DNA of 64,000 nt from Anaeramoeba ignava BMAN (taxonomy: Eukaryota > Protista > Anaeramoebae), in contig JAPDFW010000072.1 of the NCBI GenBank assembly GCA_028826165.1, positions 248,001 through 312,000 on the forward strand, written 5' to 3'. Shown here one piece after another: positions 1 to 13,600 of this stretch (its first letter is position 1; each line of letters begins with the position of its first letter). The notes beneath the pieces are model-generated. The model was given only the letters and a program-made list of their open reading frames with translations. It had not been told where the DNA came from and did not search any database. The position numbers and the translations under genes were made by a program.

Positions 1-690
1 ATTTGAATTTGAATTTGAATTTGAATTTGAATTTGAATTTGAATTTGAATTTGAATTTGAATTTGAATTTGAATTTGAATTTGAATTTGAATTTGAATTT
101 GAATTTGAATTTGAATTTGAATTTGAATTTGAATTTTGAATTTTTGAATTTGAAATTTTGAATTTGGATTTGAATTTGAATTTGAATTTGATTTGAATTT
201 GGATTTGAATTTTATTTGAATTTGAAATTTAAATTTGAATTTGAATTTAAATTTGGAAATTTAAATTTGAATTTGAATTTGAATTTGAATTTAAATTTTT
301 TGAATTTGGAATTTGAAAAAATTTGATTTTAAATTTGAATTTGAATTTGAATTTGAATTTGAAATTAAATTTGAATTTGAATTTGAATTTGAATTTTGAA
401 TTTGAATTTGAAATTGAATTTGATTTTGAATTTGAATTTGAATTTGAATTTGAATTTGAATTTGAATTTGAATTTGGATTTGAATTTGAATTTGAATTTG
501 AATTTGAATTTGAATTTGAATTTGAATTTGAATTTGAATTTGAATTTGAATTTGAATTTGAATTGAATTTTTTGATTTTGAATTTGAATTTGATTTTGAA
601 TTTGATTTTGAATTTGAATTTGAATTTGAATTTGAATTTGAATTTGAATTTGGATTTGATTTGAATTTGAATTTAAATTTGAATTTAATT
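1..690. repeat. (TTTGAA)n microsatellite 3' of G-alpha-BTB copy 1
   Basis: Direct hexamer tandem repeat. The same satellite follows the stop codon of all three G-alpha-BTB copies. Confidence 0.95.
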
Positions 691-696
691 TGATAT

Positions 697-3299
697 TTAA
701 TTTGAATTTTTGAGTTCTTTTTTAACTAAATTTAATTTTTGTTTAAATAAAGAATATTCTGAAAATTGAAAAAATTCTTCAGCTTCTTCAAGTTCTTCAT
801 AAATATTCATTTCTAATCCTTTTTCAATTTCATCATAATATAAAAATTTAATTATTGTTTCAAGTGCTTTTGTTGATTTTCCTGTATAATCTTTAACTTC
901 ATTTGTTGAATCTTCAGTAACTGTTAAAAACATTCCTCGAAATAATTCACTTCTTGCTGCTAATATAAATTTATGTGCTTTGATCTTTTTTCCTTCATTT
1001 GATATAATTGAAAAATCTTTACTTTCTTCATTTGAATAAAGTGAAATTAAATCTGAAATAATTCTTTCTTTTGGTGTTGTTTTATTTTTATTTTGATTTT
1101 GATTTTGATTTTGATTTTTCATTTTCATTTTCATTTTCATTTTGATTTTTATTTTGATTTTGATTTTCATTTTGATTTTGATTTTGATTTTGATTTTGAT
1201 TTTGATTTTGATTTTCAATTTCATTTTGATTTTTATCAAATTCTGTTTTAATTCCTGAATAAATATCTTCTAATAATTTCATTCCTTCTTCTTTATTATG
1301 ATTAATTAGATATTCTTCTATTTTTTCATTTGTTCATTTCCAATTCTTTGTTCTATAAATAATGAATGAATTCCAATTTCTTGTGAATCATTTGTTTTAT
1401 ATATTTTATCACATAATTCTTGTTTTTTTAAAAAATTAATTAAATCAAAAATAACTCCATAAATTGAAAATTTATATAAATTTGATGCTTCTTTTCCAAA
1501 TTTTCTTTCTATTCCTGTTATTAAAATTTCTGTATTTTTGTTTTGTTTAAATTTGATAAATTAAATTAAATTAAATTAAATAAATTGATAAATAAAATAA
1601 AATAAATACCATTCCATAATTTATTTGAATCATATTCTTCAAGAAGATTTACATAATGAATTTGAATTTTCCTTTCTTGATTTTGATTTAAAGAAATAAA
1701 TCTTTTTTCAATATATTCTTTAATTTCATTTGGTTCATTTTTTCCTTTTTTTCCTTTTTGATTAAATTTTTTGATTAAATTTTTTTTAAACAAATAAATT
1801 TTGATTAAATTAAATTTTTGATTAAATTTTTGAACAAATTTTGGAATAAATTTTTGATTAAATTTTGGAATAAATTTTTGATTAAATTTTTGAACAAATT
1901 TTGGAATAAATTTTTGATTAAATTTTAGAATAAATTTTTGATTAAATTTTGGAATAAATTTTGGATTAAATTTTTGATTAAATTTTTGATTAAATTTTGG
2001 ATTAAATTTTGGAATAAATTTTGGATTAAATTTTTGATTAAATTTTTGAATTAAATTTTTGATTAAATTTTTGATTAAATTTTGGATTAAATTTTTGGAT
2101 TAAAATTTAAATAAATAAATACCATTATAATCTGGGAAATAATGATGAAAATTATTCTTTTCTAAATTTTTTAAAAATAAATCTAATTTTGTAAAAACTA
2201 AAATAAATGGAGTTTCACTAAACCATTGATAATTTATAATTTCATCAAATAATTCAATTGATTCTTGCATTTTATTAATTGATTCATCTGCATACGAATT
2301 TTGGTAATAACAACTCAAATCAACACAATGAATAATAACATCCATATTCTATTGATATTATTTATTTATATTATTTATTTATATTATTTTATCTATTTTG
2401 GATATTTTGATTTGTTTGCTTACTTCAAAATAGCGCATCCTAATTAACAAAAATTTTGTTTTTGATTATTAATTTAATTTATAAATTTTATTAATTAAAT
2501 TTGATTTACCATTTTCTTCTTTCACCTCTACTCCAAATATCACGGATTACGATTGGGAAATTTTGAATTTTTTTTTCATATACATTAATTCCAACTGTTT
2601 TTTGATAATATCTTAAAACATCTTCTTTTGTTGGTGAATAATTTGGTTGAAAAATTCTTTCAATTTCATTAAGTAAACTATTTTTTGAATTTGAATTTAA
2701 TTTTGAATTTGAATTTTGAAATTGATTTTGATTTTAAATTTGAATTTTGAAACAAAAATACTAAATTGATGATGGATCTAATATATCAGGTTTTTTTTGA
2801 TAAATTGATTGCATTTCTTCACTTTTCCATAATTTTGAAATTTTCTCAGGATTGATTTCTCGAGTTTCAATTAACTTTTTATAAATTTCCTTTTTGAAAA
2901 TAAATAATAAAATAAATTAATTTTTTTCTAATTAAATATTTGTAAATAATTTACTTGATTTTCTTCATTTTTAAATTGAATATTTTCATTTTCAGCAAAA
3001 TCAGTAAGTATACTAAGAGATAAATTTCGAATAATTTCAATATTTTCTTCTTTTTTAGATAAACAATATTCCATATCAAAAGTTTTAAATACTGTTGATT
3101 TTCCTGATCCTCTAATTCCTTTTTTGATTTAGAATTTAAATTTGAATTTGAATTAGAATTTTGTTTTTGTTTTTGTTTTTGTTTTTAGAAAATAACCTGA
3201 AATTAAAAATTTTAATTTTTTCGCATTTTCTTTTTCTTGTTCTTGTTCAATTTCTATTTGTTTTTCAATTTCTTTTGTTTTAGAATTTTTTGAACCCAT
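697..3299 (-). CDS. G-alpha-like GTPase fused to tandem BTB/POZ domains, copy 1 (8 exons; 1-nt frameshift in QN linker)
   Basis: Spliced translation: MGSKNS (myristoylation-type), G1 GIRGSGKST, YSPTKEDVLRYYQKTVG, DIWSRGERRKW, 16-nt exon 2424-2439 (MRYFE), FTKLDLF, then in frame a degenerate BTB (DLINFLKKQELCD..IGIHSLFIEQRI), (QN)n and a BTB (DFSIISNEGKKIKAHKFILAARSELFRGMF). All introns GT-AG. Confidence 0.85.
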
Positions 3300-3379
3300 T
3301 TATCTTTTTTTGGAACTTTTTTTATTGGAAAAAATGAAAAAATGAAAAAAAGAAAAATAAAAAATAAAAAGTGGAAAAG

Positions 3380-3915
3380 TTTTGATTTGAATTTGATTTT
3401 CAATTGATATTGAATTTGATATTGAATTTGAATTTAAATTTGTTTTTGATTTTGGATTTGAATTTGAATTTGGATTTGATTTTCAATTTGAATTTGAATT
3501 TGAATTTGAATTTGAATTTGAATTTGAATTTGAATTTGAATTTGAATTTGAATTTGAATTGGATTTGATTTTGAATTTGAATTTGAATTTGAATTTGAAT
3601 TTGGATTTGAATTTGAATTTGAATTTGAATTTGAATTTGAATTTGATTTTGAATTTGAATTTGAATTTGAATTTGAATTTGAATTTGAATTTGAATTTGA
3701 ATTTGAATTTGAATTTGAATTTGAATTTGAATTTGAATTTGAATTTGATTTTGATTTTGATTTTGAATTTGAATTTGATTTTCAATTTGAATTTGAATTT
3801 GAAATTAAATTTGGATTTGAATTTGAATTTGAATTTGAATTTGAATTTGAATTTGAATTTGAATTTGAATTTGAATTTGAATTTGAATTTGAATTTGAAT
3901 TTGAATTTAATTTGA
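3380..3915. repeat. (TTTGAA)n microsatellite 3' of G-alpha-BTB copy 2
   Basis: Hexamer tandem repeat. Confidence 0.9.
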
Positions 3916-3918
3916 TAT

Positions 3919-6453
3919 TTAATTTGAATTTTTGAGTTCTTTTTTAGCTAAATTTAATTTTTGTTTAAATAAAGAATATTCTGAAAATTGAAAAAATTCT
4001 TCAGCTTCTTCAAGTTCTTCATAAATATTCATTTCTAATCCTTTTTCAATTTCATCATAATATAAAAATTTAATTATCATTTCAAGTGCTTTTGTTGATT
4101 TTCCTGTATAATCTTTAACTTCATTTGTTGAATCTTCAGTAACTGTTAAAAACATTCCTCGAAATAATTCACTTCTTGCTGCTAATATAAATTTATGTGC
4201 TTTAATCTTTTTTCCTTCATTTGATATAATTGAAAAATCTTTACTTTCTTCATTTGAATAAAGTGAAATTAAATCTGAAATAATTCTTTCTTTTGGTGTT
4301 GTTTTATTTTGATTTTGATTTTTGATTTTGATTTTGATTTTTATCAAATTCTGTTTTATTTCCTGAATAAATATCTTCTAATAATTTCATTCCTTCTTCT
4401 TTATTATGATTAATTAGATATTCTTCTATTTTTTTCATTTGTTCATTTCCAATTCTTTGTTCTATAAATAATGAATGAATTCCAATTTCTTGTGAATCAT
4501 TTGTTTTATATATTTTATCACATAATTCTTGTTTTTTTAAAAAATTAATTAAATCAAAAATAACTCCATAAATTGAAAATTTATATAAATTTGATGCTTC
4601 TTTTCCAAATTTTCTTTCTATTCCTGTTATTAAAATTTCTGTATTTTTGTTTTGTTTAAATTTGATAATTAAATTAAATTAAATTAAATAAATAAATTGA
4701 TAAAATAAATAAATACCATTCCATAATTTATTTGAATCATATTCTTCAAGAAGATTTACATAATGAATTTGAATTTTCCTTTTCTTGGTTTTGATTTAAA
4801 GAAATAAATCTTTTTTCAATATATTCTTTAATTTCATTTGGTTCATTTTTTCCTTTTTTTTGAATTAAATTTTGGATTAGATTTTTGAATAAATTTTTGG
4901 ATTAAATTTTAATTAAATTTTTGGAATAAATTTTTGGATTAAATTTTTGAATAAATTTTGGATTAATTTTTGGATTAAATTTTTGAATTAAATTTTGGAA
5001 TTAATTTTGGATTAAATTTTGGATTAAATTTTTGGATTAAATTTTGAATTAAATTTTTGAATTAAATTTTGGATTAAATTTTTGATTAAATTTTGGATTA
5101 AATTTTTGGATTAAATTTTGAATTAAATTTTGGATTAAATTTTTGATTAAATTTTTGATTAAATTTTTGATTAAATTTTGGATTAAATTTTGGATTAAAT
5201 TTTTGGATTAATTTTTGAATTAAATTTTGGATTAAATAAATAAATAAATAAATACCATTATAATCTGGGAAATAATGATGAAAATTATTCTTTTCTAAAT
5301 TTTTTAAAAATAAATCTAATTTTGTAAAAACTAAAATAAATGAAGTTTCACTAAACCATCGAGAATTTACAATTTCATCAAATAATTCAATTGATTCTTT
5401 CATTTTATTAGTTGATTCATCTTCATATAAATTTTGATAATAACAATCCAAATCAACACAATAAATAATAACATTCACATTCTATTTATTTATTATTTAT
5501 ATTATTTATATTATTTATATTATTTATATTTAGAATGTTTACGTCAAAAGAATGTATCCTAATTAACAAAAATTTTGTTTTTGATTTATTAAATTAATTT
5601 ATAAATTTTATTAATTAAATTTGATTTACCATTTTCTCCTTTCACTTCTCATTCCTCCAACATCAAGAAGTGTAATTGGGAAATTTTGAATTTTTTTTTC
5701 ATATTCATTAATTCCTGTTGATTTCCTATAAAATCTTAAAACATCTTCTTTTGTTGGTGAATAATTTGGTTGATAAATTCTTCCAATTTCATTAAAAAAA
5801 CTATTTTTTGAATTTGAATTTAATTTTGATTTTGATTTTTAATTTGAAATTGAATTTAATTTTGAATTTTGATTTTAAATTTTGAATTTTGATTTTGATT
5901 TTGAAATTTAAATTTGATAAAAATACTAAATTGATGATTGATATAATATATCAGGTTTTCTTTGATAAATTGATTGAATTTCTTGAGTTTTCCATAATTT
6001 TTCAATTTCTCCAGGATTGATTTTTTCAGTTTCAATTAACTTTTTATAAATTTCCTTTTTTTTTAATAAATAATAAAATTAATATTTTTCTAATTAAATA
6101 TTTGTAAATAATTTACTTGATCAGCTTGACTTTTAAATTTAATATTTTCATTTCCAATAAAATCAATAAGCATTTTCAAAGGTAAATTTTGAATAATTTC
6201 AATATTTTCTTCTTTTTGAGATAAACAATATTCCATATCAAAAGTTTTAAATATTGTTGATTTTCCTGTTGTTCCAGCACCTTTTTTGATTTAGAATTAA
6301 ATTTAAATTTAATTTATATTTTATTTTTTATTTTTTATTTTTGAAATAACCTAAAATTAAAATTTTTAGTTTTGATTGTTGATTTTCATAATTTATTGGT
6401 ATTGATGGATAAGGATCAATTCTTCTATCTCTTTTTGAACTTTTAACTCCCAT
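3919..6453 (-). CDS. G-alpha-BTB fusion, copy 2 (two 1-nt homopolymer frameshifts near 4780 and 4320)
   Basis: MGVKSS start, G1 GAGTTGKST, DVLRFYRKSTG, DVGGMRSERRKW, 16-nt exon 5543-5558 (IHSFD), TKLD. BTB part nearly identical to copies 1 and 3. Confidence 0.85.
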
Positions 6454-6614
6454 TTTTTGTTATAAAAAAATAAAGAAAAAAATGAAAAAAATGAAAAAAA
6501 GAAAAAAAGAAAAAGCAAAAAATAATTTTTCTTTCTTTTCATATTCATTTTTTATCAACAATTTTCTGATCTAAAACTATTTTTTTTTTTGCTTTTTTTT
6601 TTTAAAAGATTTTA

Positions 6615-7304
6615 ATGAATTTTGTTCTTGCTTGGTTTCTTATTTTATTGATCATTATTTTAGAAGTTGCTATAACAGGATTTCTTGCAGAAAAATTCAA
6701 AGTGAGACAAATAATTACAAGAAAATTAAACCATATTTTCATTGGTCCAACTTATATATTACTTTGGAAATTATATCCACAAGATATCGATATAAAATGG
6801 AAGATATTAATTTCTTCAATTCCATTCATCTTCTCAATTTATTATGCATTAATTGGATTGGGAATTGCGAAAAATGAGAAACTTGTTCAAACAATTTCTC
6901 GAAAAGGAGATCCAAAAGAATTTCTTTATGGTCCTTTTTATTATGGAATTATTCATACTTTACTTGCTATTTTTTTCTTCCAAAAAAGAGCTGCTGTTTT
7001 TGCTGTTTGTGCTTTATGTTTTGGAGATGGATCTGCAGAATTATTTGGAAGACTTTTTGGAAACAAGAAACTATTTTGGAGTCCTAAAAAATCATATGCT
7101 GGTTCATTTGCAATGGTTGTTACAACTTTTCTTACTTCAATTCTAATTCTCTTTTTATATGATTTTTCTGTTACTTTTCTTGATCTCTTTAAAATTGTTT
7201 TGGTATCTATTGCTTGTAGTTTTGTTGAATCTCTTCCTTATGATAATATCGATAATATTTCAATTACTTCAACAGCAATAATTTTTGCAACAATTTTATT
7301 TTGA
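6615..7304 (+). CDS. Phytol/farnesol kinase-like membrane protein (CTP-dependent prenol kinase, VTE5/FOLK-like)
   Basis: RKLNHIFIG, SRKGDPKEFLYGPFYYG, GDGSAELFGRLFG..KSYAGS, DNI motifs; multiple TM segments; intronless. Confidence 0.8.
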   Translation: MNFVLAWFLILLIIILEVAITGFLAEKFKVRQIITRKLNHIFIGPTYILLWKLYPQDIDIKWKILISSIPFIFSIYYALIGLGIAKNEKLVQTISRKGDPKEFLYGPFYYGIIHTLLAIFFFQKRAAVFAVCALCFGDGSAELFGRLFGNKKLFWSPKKSYAGSFAMVVTTFLTSILILFLYDFSVTFLDLFKIVLVSIACSFVESLPYDNIDNISITSTAIIFATILF

Positions 7305-7451
7305 AAAAGAAAAACAAATCGAAAAACAAATTGACGATTCAAAATTAAAAAACAAATTCAAGTCTCAAACAAAATAAAACAAACAAAATCTTTTTAATTT
7401 TTACTTTTTACTTTTTATTTTTTCTTTTTTCTTTTCCCAATTAATTTCATA

Positions 7452-10146
7452 ATGACTTTCTTTAAAAAACTTATTTTTTGCTTTTTCTTCTCCTTTTTGC
7501 TAATTTCCAATTCTTTTTGCCAATATAATGAAATTATTCAAGAACTTTCAGAAAAAATATCAAGTTTACAAGTTAAAAACGATACAAAATTTAATTTCCC
7601 ATTTGAATATCAAAAACCAAAAGGAATTTATGAAACTTGGATTCATTTAAATTTTCATGGGAATCTTTTCTCGCAATTATTAAGAAATAATGTAAATTTC
7701 CCCTTTTTTCTTTTATTCAAAACTTAAAACAAAAACTAAAATTAAAAAAATCTTTAATTAGTTCAAAGTTTTTGATGAAAATGGTTTTGTTACTGCTTGG
7801 GTTTGATTTTCTTTTTCTTTTTCTTTTTCTTTTCTAATTAATTTCCAAATTATTTTTTTCTCAAATTTTATCAAAAATTAGATCAATGAAATTCTTTTAG
7901 AATCAAATAAAGTAAAAAATATAATAAATTCCAAAAAAAAGGAAACAAACAAATATATCATTTCTTTTTATTAATTTATCCAAAAAAATCAAATTGAAAA
8001 GATTGGAACTATTCAACTTGATAAAGATCAATTATTGAATTCAATTAAATTGGAAACAAAATTCGTTGATAAAACTGTAGATGATCCAATTATTGTTTAT
8101 TGGATTCAAGAAATGAAAGATGATCATTATGTAACTCAACATCCCAATCTTGTTGGAACAGTCGAAAAATTAAAACAATGGTCAGGAGAAACTTATCATC
8201 TTTTAAATTCTCTTGGTTTGAAAGGATTAGCTGAAAAAATTGGAAGATTACACAAAAAACTCCAAAAAGAAGAACTTCATCTTCAAATTCCAGCAGTAAT
8301 ATTAAGATAAAATTAATATATCAATCCAAAATATTCTGCAAAAAAATAATTTAATAATATTCAAAACTCTTGTATTCAAATTATTTAAAAAAGGATGCAG
8401 ATGATACTTCAGTTAATCTTGCAATGGGTTGTTTATTATATGAAAACAAAGATAAATTTCCTGATTCTTTTGATACTTGGTGGGATGCTAATAAAAACAT
8501 TTCTGGAATAATGAAATATTTCCTTAAATATGCTTATTATCCCTTAAGTGATGATAAAAATCTGAATTCCATTGATCCAAGATCTTATTATTTTATGCAT
8601 GAATTTTTAGAAAGTGGAATTGTGAAAGAAAAAGATTTTGGAATAGTTACAACTTGGTTTTTGAATAGAAATGAATATAAAGAAAATTATCCATATAGAA
8701 TGATGAGATACAATATAAATAGTGTTGATGCAAGTGTTTGCTCTAATTTTATTTATGGATTATCACAACTTTCTGTGAGTAAATTAATTCCTTTGACTGA
8801 ATGGATGTCAGATGAAATCAAAAAGTTGTATCTTGATACTTCAATTTTTGTTGATTGGACAATTAAATCTGGAAGATTAGTTGAAAGACCTGATCTTGGG
8901 AGCCTTTATTATCCACCAATTTATGCAATGTAAATCATTTCCATTTTTTCTTCCTTATTTTTTCTCTTATATTTGAATTAATTCGAAATGAATAAAAAAT
9001 AGGTATTGGTTTACTTCAAGAACTCTTTCTCTTTTTTCAGGAAATTCCTTTCCAGATCCAGTTTTTGAAACTGTTTATAGTATGTTATTAAAAACAATGC
9101 AAAATGAAGCAACAAAACACATTTTAGAATCAGCTCAAGAAGATGATAATTATGTTTGGTGGGATGATTTTCTTGGTATTTTTTCCTTTTTCCTTTTTGG
9201 AAATTTTTGATTCAAATTAATTAAAATTGGAAATTTGAAAATTTTAGGAGTAAATGATACATATTTTAATGGAAAATATGTTAATAATGCTGAAGATAGA
9301 ATATTCACAACCTCAAGTAATTTCCAAAATTTTTAATATAATTGATTTTGATTTTGAATTTGAATTTTGATTTTGAATTTGAATTTTGATTTTGAATTTA
9401 ATTTTGATTTTGATTTTGATTTTGATTTTTGATTTTGAATTTAATTTTAATTTTGAATTTGAATTTGAATTTGAATTGATTTTGATTTTAATTTTGAATT
9501 TGAATTTAATTTTGATTTTAATTTTGAATTTGAATTTGAATTTGATTTTGAATTTGAATTTTAATTTTGATTTTTATTTTTATTTTAATTTGATTAGTGG
9601 CAATAAATACATTAATTGATACTTGGACAATCAGAAAAAATTATAAATATTCATGGAGAAAAGAAACTCCAGATCATATTAAAAAAATTATTGAAAAAGG
9701 AATAAATTGGTTAGTTAAATATTCACTTTCTTCCAAATTTAAACCAGAAAATTCTTTCTTCTCTATAACTGTGAAATCAGAAGAAAGTTTCCCTTTTTAC
9801 TTTCCAGCAACATTTATTGAATTTGTAAATGGAACAACTGGTAAATAATTAATTTCATAAAAAATATTCAAAAATATTGAAAATAAACTGAAAAATAGTT
9901 TCACCAAATTCTTCACCAAGCATTATAAGTTTTGAATTAACACCAGCAATGGAAGGTATTGTAAGTAAAGAAGAATATAATCATATGGTTTATGATGAAA
10001 TGCATTTCCAATCACGAACTCCAACTCATTTTAGTGGATTTAATCTTAGACCATTTTTTTCTTGGTCAAGTCCAGCATTTACTTATTCGTCAACTTTATT
10101 TGCAATTTCTAAATATTCAAGTCTTATTGAAAAAGAAAACAAATAA
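7452..10146 (+). CDS. Multi-exon secreted protein of unknown function with DxDDT motif
   Basis: Signal-peptide-like N-terminus. GT-AG exons include 7762-7800 (FKVFDENGFVTAW), 7882-7911 and 8002-8295; splicing to 8394 gives IPADADDTSVNLAMG. Further exons run to the stop at 10146. Confidence 0.7.
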
Positions 10147-10324
10147 TTAATCATTTTTCACTTATTTTTTTTTTTGGAAAATAATCCAAAGATCCAAAAA
10201 ATCAGAAAAAACTATAAATCAAAACTTTTTCTTTTCATTCTCTTTTTTTTTTTTTTTTGGAAATCTGAGAAAAAAATAATTCCACAATTTAATCAAATAA
10301 AATGAAATATTTCTTTCATTTTAT

Positions 10325-10630
10325 GAATTGAATTTGAATTTGAATTTGGATTTGAATTTGAAATTAAATTTGATTTTCAATTTGATTTTGAATTTGAATT
10401 TGATTTTGGATTTTGATTTTCGAATTTGATTTTGAATTTGAATTTGATATTTAATTTGAATTTGATTTTGAATTTGAATTTGAATTTGAATTTGAATTTG
10501 AATTTGAATTTGAATTTGAATTTGAATTTGATTTTGAATTTGATTTTGAATTTGAATTTGAATTTGAATTTGAATTTGAATTTAAATTTGAATTTGATTT
10601 TGAATTTAAATTTGAATTTGAATTTGATAT
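10325..10630. repeat. (TTTGAA)n microsatellite 3' of G-alpha-BTB copy 3
   Basis: Hexamer tandem repeat. Confidence 0.9.
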
Positions 10631-13600
10631 TTAATTTGAATTTTTGAGTTCTTTTTTAACTAAATTTAATTTTTGTTTAAATAAAGAATATTCTGAAAAT
10701 TGAAAAAATTCTTCAGCTTCTTCAAGTTCTTCATAAATATTCATTTCTAATCCTTTTTCAATTTCATCATAATATAAAAATTTAATTATTGTTTCAAGTG
10801 CTTTTGTTGATTTTCCTGTATAATCTTTAACTTCATTTGTTGAATCTTCAGTAACTGTTAAAAACATTCCTCGAAATAATTCACTTCTTGCTGCTAATAT
10901 AAATTTATGTGCTTTAATCTTTTTTCCTTCATTTGATATAATTGAAAAATCTTTACTTTCTTCATTTGAATAAAGTGAAATTAAATCTGAAATAATTCTT
11001 TCTTTTGGTGTTGTTTTATTTTCATTTTCATTTTGATTTTCATTTTGATTTTGATTTTGATTTTGATTTTCAATTTGATTTTGATTTATATTTTGATTTT
11101 GGTTTTGATTTTGATTTTCAATTTGATTTTGATTTTGATTTTGATTTTGATTTTGATTTTGATTTTGATTTTGATTTTGATTTTGATTTTGATTTTGATT
11201 TTGATTTTCAATTTGATTTTGATTTTGATTTTGATTTTGATTTTGATTTTGATTTTGATTTATATTTTGATTTTGATTTTGATTTTGATTTTGATTTTGA
11301 TTTTCAATTTGATTTTGATTTTGATTTTGATTTTGATTTTGATTTTGATTTTGATTTATATTTTGATTTTGATTTTGATTTTGATTTTGATTTTGATTTT
11401 GATTTTGATTTTTATTTCGATTTTCATTTTGATTTTCATTTTGATTCTGATTTTCATTTTGATTTTCATTTTGATTCTGATTTTCATTTTTATCAAATTC
11501 TGTTTTAATTCCTGAATAAATATCTTCTAATAATTTCATTCCTTCTTCTTTATTATGATTAATTAGATATTCTTCTAATTTTTTCATTTGTTCATTTCCA
11601 ATTATTTGTTTTATAAATAATGAATGAATTCCAATTTCTTGTGAATCATTTGTTTTATATATTTTATCACATAATTCTTGTTTTTTTAAAAAATTAATTA
11701 AATCAAAAATAACTCCATAAATTGAAAATTTATATAAATTTGATGCTTCTTTTCCAAATTTTCTTTCTATTCCTGTTATTAAAATTTCTGTATTTTGTTT
11801 TATTTAAATTTGATAATTAAATTAAATTAAATTAAATAAATAAATTGATAAAATAAATAAAATAAATAAATAAATACCATTCCATAATTTATTTGAATCA
11901 TATTCTTCAAGAAGATTTACATAATGAATTTGAATTTTCCTTTCTTGGTTTTGATTTAAAGAAATAAATCTTTTTTCAATATATTCTTTAATTTCATTTG
12001 GTTCATTTTTTCCTTTTTTTTGAATTAAATTTTGGATTAAATTTTGAATTAAAATTTGGATTAAATTTTGGATTAAATTTTTGATTAAATTTTGAATTAA
12101 ATTTTGGATTAAATTTTGGATTAAATTTTTGGATTAAATTTTTGATTAAATTTTTGGATTAAATTTTGGATTAAATTTTGGATTAAATTTTGATTAAATT
12201 TTGGAATAAATTTTTGGATTAAATTTTGGAATAAATTTTGATTAAATTTTAAATAATAAATACCATTATAATCTGGGAAATAATGATGAAAATTATTCTT
12301 TTCTAAATTTTTTAAAAATAAATCTAATTTTGTAAAAACTAAAATAAATGAACTTTGTTCAAACCATCGAGAATTTATAATTTCTTCAAATAATTCAATT
12401 GATTCTTGCATTTTATTAATTGATTCATCTTCATATAAATTTTGATAATAACAATCCAAATCAACACAATAAATAATAGCACTCACATTCTATTTATTTA
12501 TTTATATTATTTAATTTATCTATTTTGGATATTTTAATTTATTTGTTTACGTCCAAATAGCGTATCCTAATAAAAAAAATTTGGTTTTTGATTATTAAAT
12601 TAATTTGTAAATTTTATTATTTAAATTTGATTTACCATTTTCTTCTTGGAGTTCCACTTCCGAAATCAAGAAGTGTAATTGGGAAATTTTGAATTTTTTT
12701 TTCATATATATTAATTCCAAATGTTTTTTGATAATATCTTAAAACATCTTCTTTTGTTGGTGAATAATTTGGTTGAAAAATTCTTTCAATTTCATTAAGT
12801 AAACTATTTTTTGAATTTGGATTTGATTTTGAATTTGGATTTTGATTTTGAATTTGAATTTTGAATTTGATTTTGATTTTGATTTTGAATTTGAATTTGA
12901 ATTTTGAATTTTAAATTTTGAATTTGAATTTTGAATTTTGATTTTGAAACAAAAATACTAAATTGATGATGGATCTAATATATCAGGTTTTTTTTGATAA
13001 ATTGATTGAATTTCTTCACTTTTCCATAATTTTGAAATTTTCTCAGGATTGATTTCTCGAGTTTCAATTAACTTTTTATAAATTTCCTTTTTGAAAATAA
13101 ATAATAAAATAAATTAATTTTTTTGTAATTAAATATTTGTAAATAATTTACTTGATTTTCTTCATTTTTAAATTGAATATTTTCATTTTCAGCAAAATCA
13201 ATAAGTATACTAAAAGATAAATTTCGAATAATTTCAATATTTTCTTCTTTTTTAGATAAACAATATTCCATATCAAAAGTTTTAAATATTGTTGATTTTC
13301 CTGATCCTCTAATTCCTTTTTTGATTTAGAATTTAAATTTGATTTTGATTTTGAAATTGAATTTGATTTTGATTTTGAATTTGAATTTGATTTTGAATTT
13401 GAATTTGAATTTGAATTTTGAATTTGATTTTGATTTTGAATTTTGATTTTGAATTTGATTTTGATTTTAAATTTGATTTTGAGTTTAAATTTGATTTTGA
13501 ATTGATTTTGAAATTGAATTTGAATTTTGATTTTGAATTTGAATTTAAATTTGAAATTGAAATTGATTTTAAATTTGAATTTGAATTTGATTTTGATTTT

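Noticed and set aside
323-664. LNLN/FEFE/KIKI/ILIL ORFs here and at 3483-3915, 9386-9619, 10426-10647, 11005-11515, 13418-13762, 14702-15110, 41974-42338, 46405-48525 and 58888-59136
   Set aside because: Translations of stop-free hexamer satellites in introns or spacers, or antisense to QN linkers; not genes.
1-690. (TTTGAA)n as a telomere
   Set aside because: The same repeat occurs internally after each G-alpha-BTB copy and inside introns.
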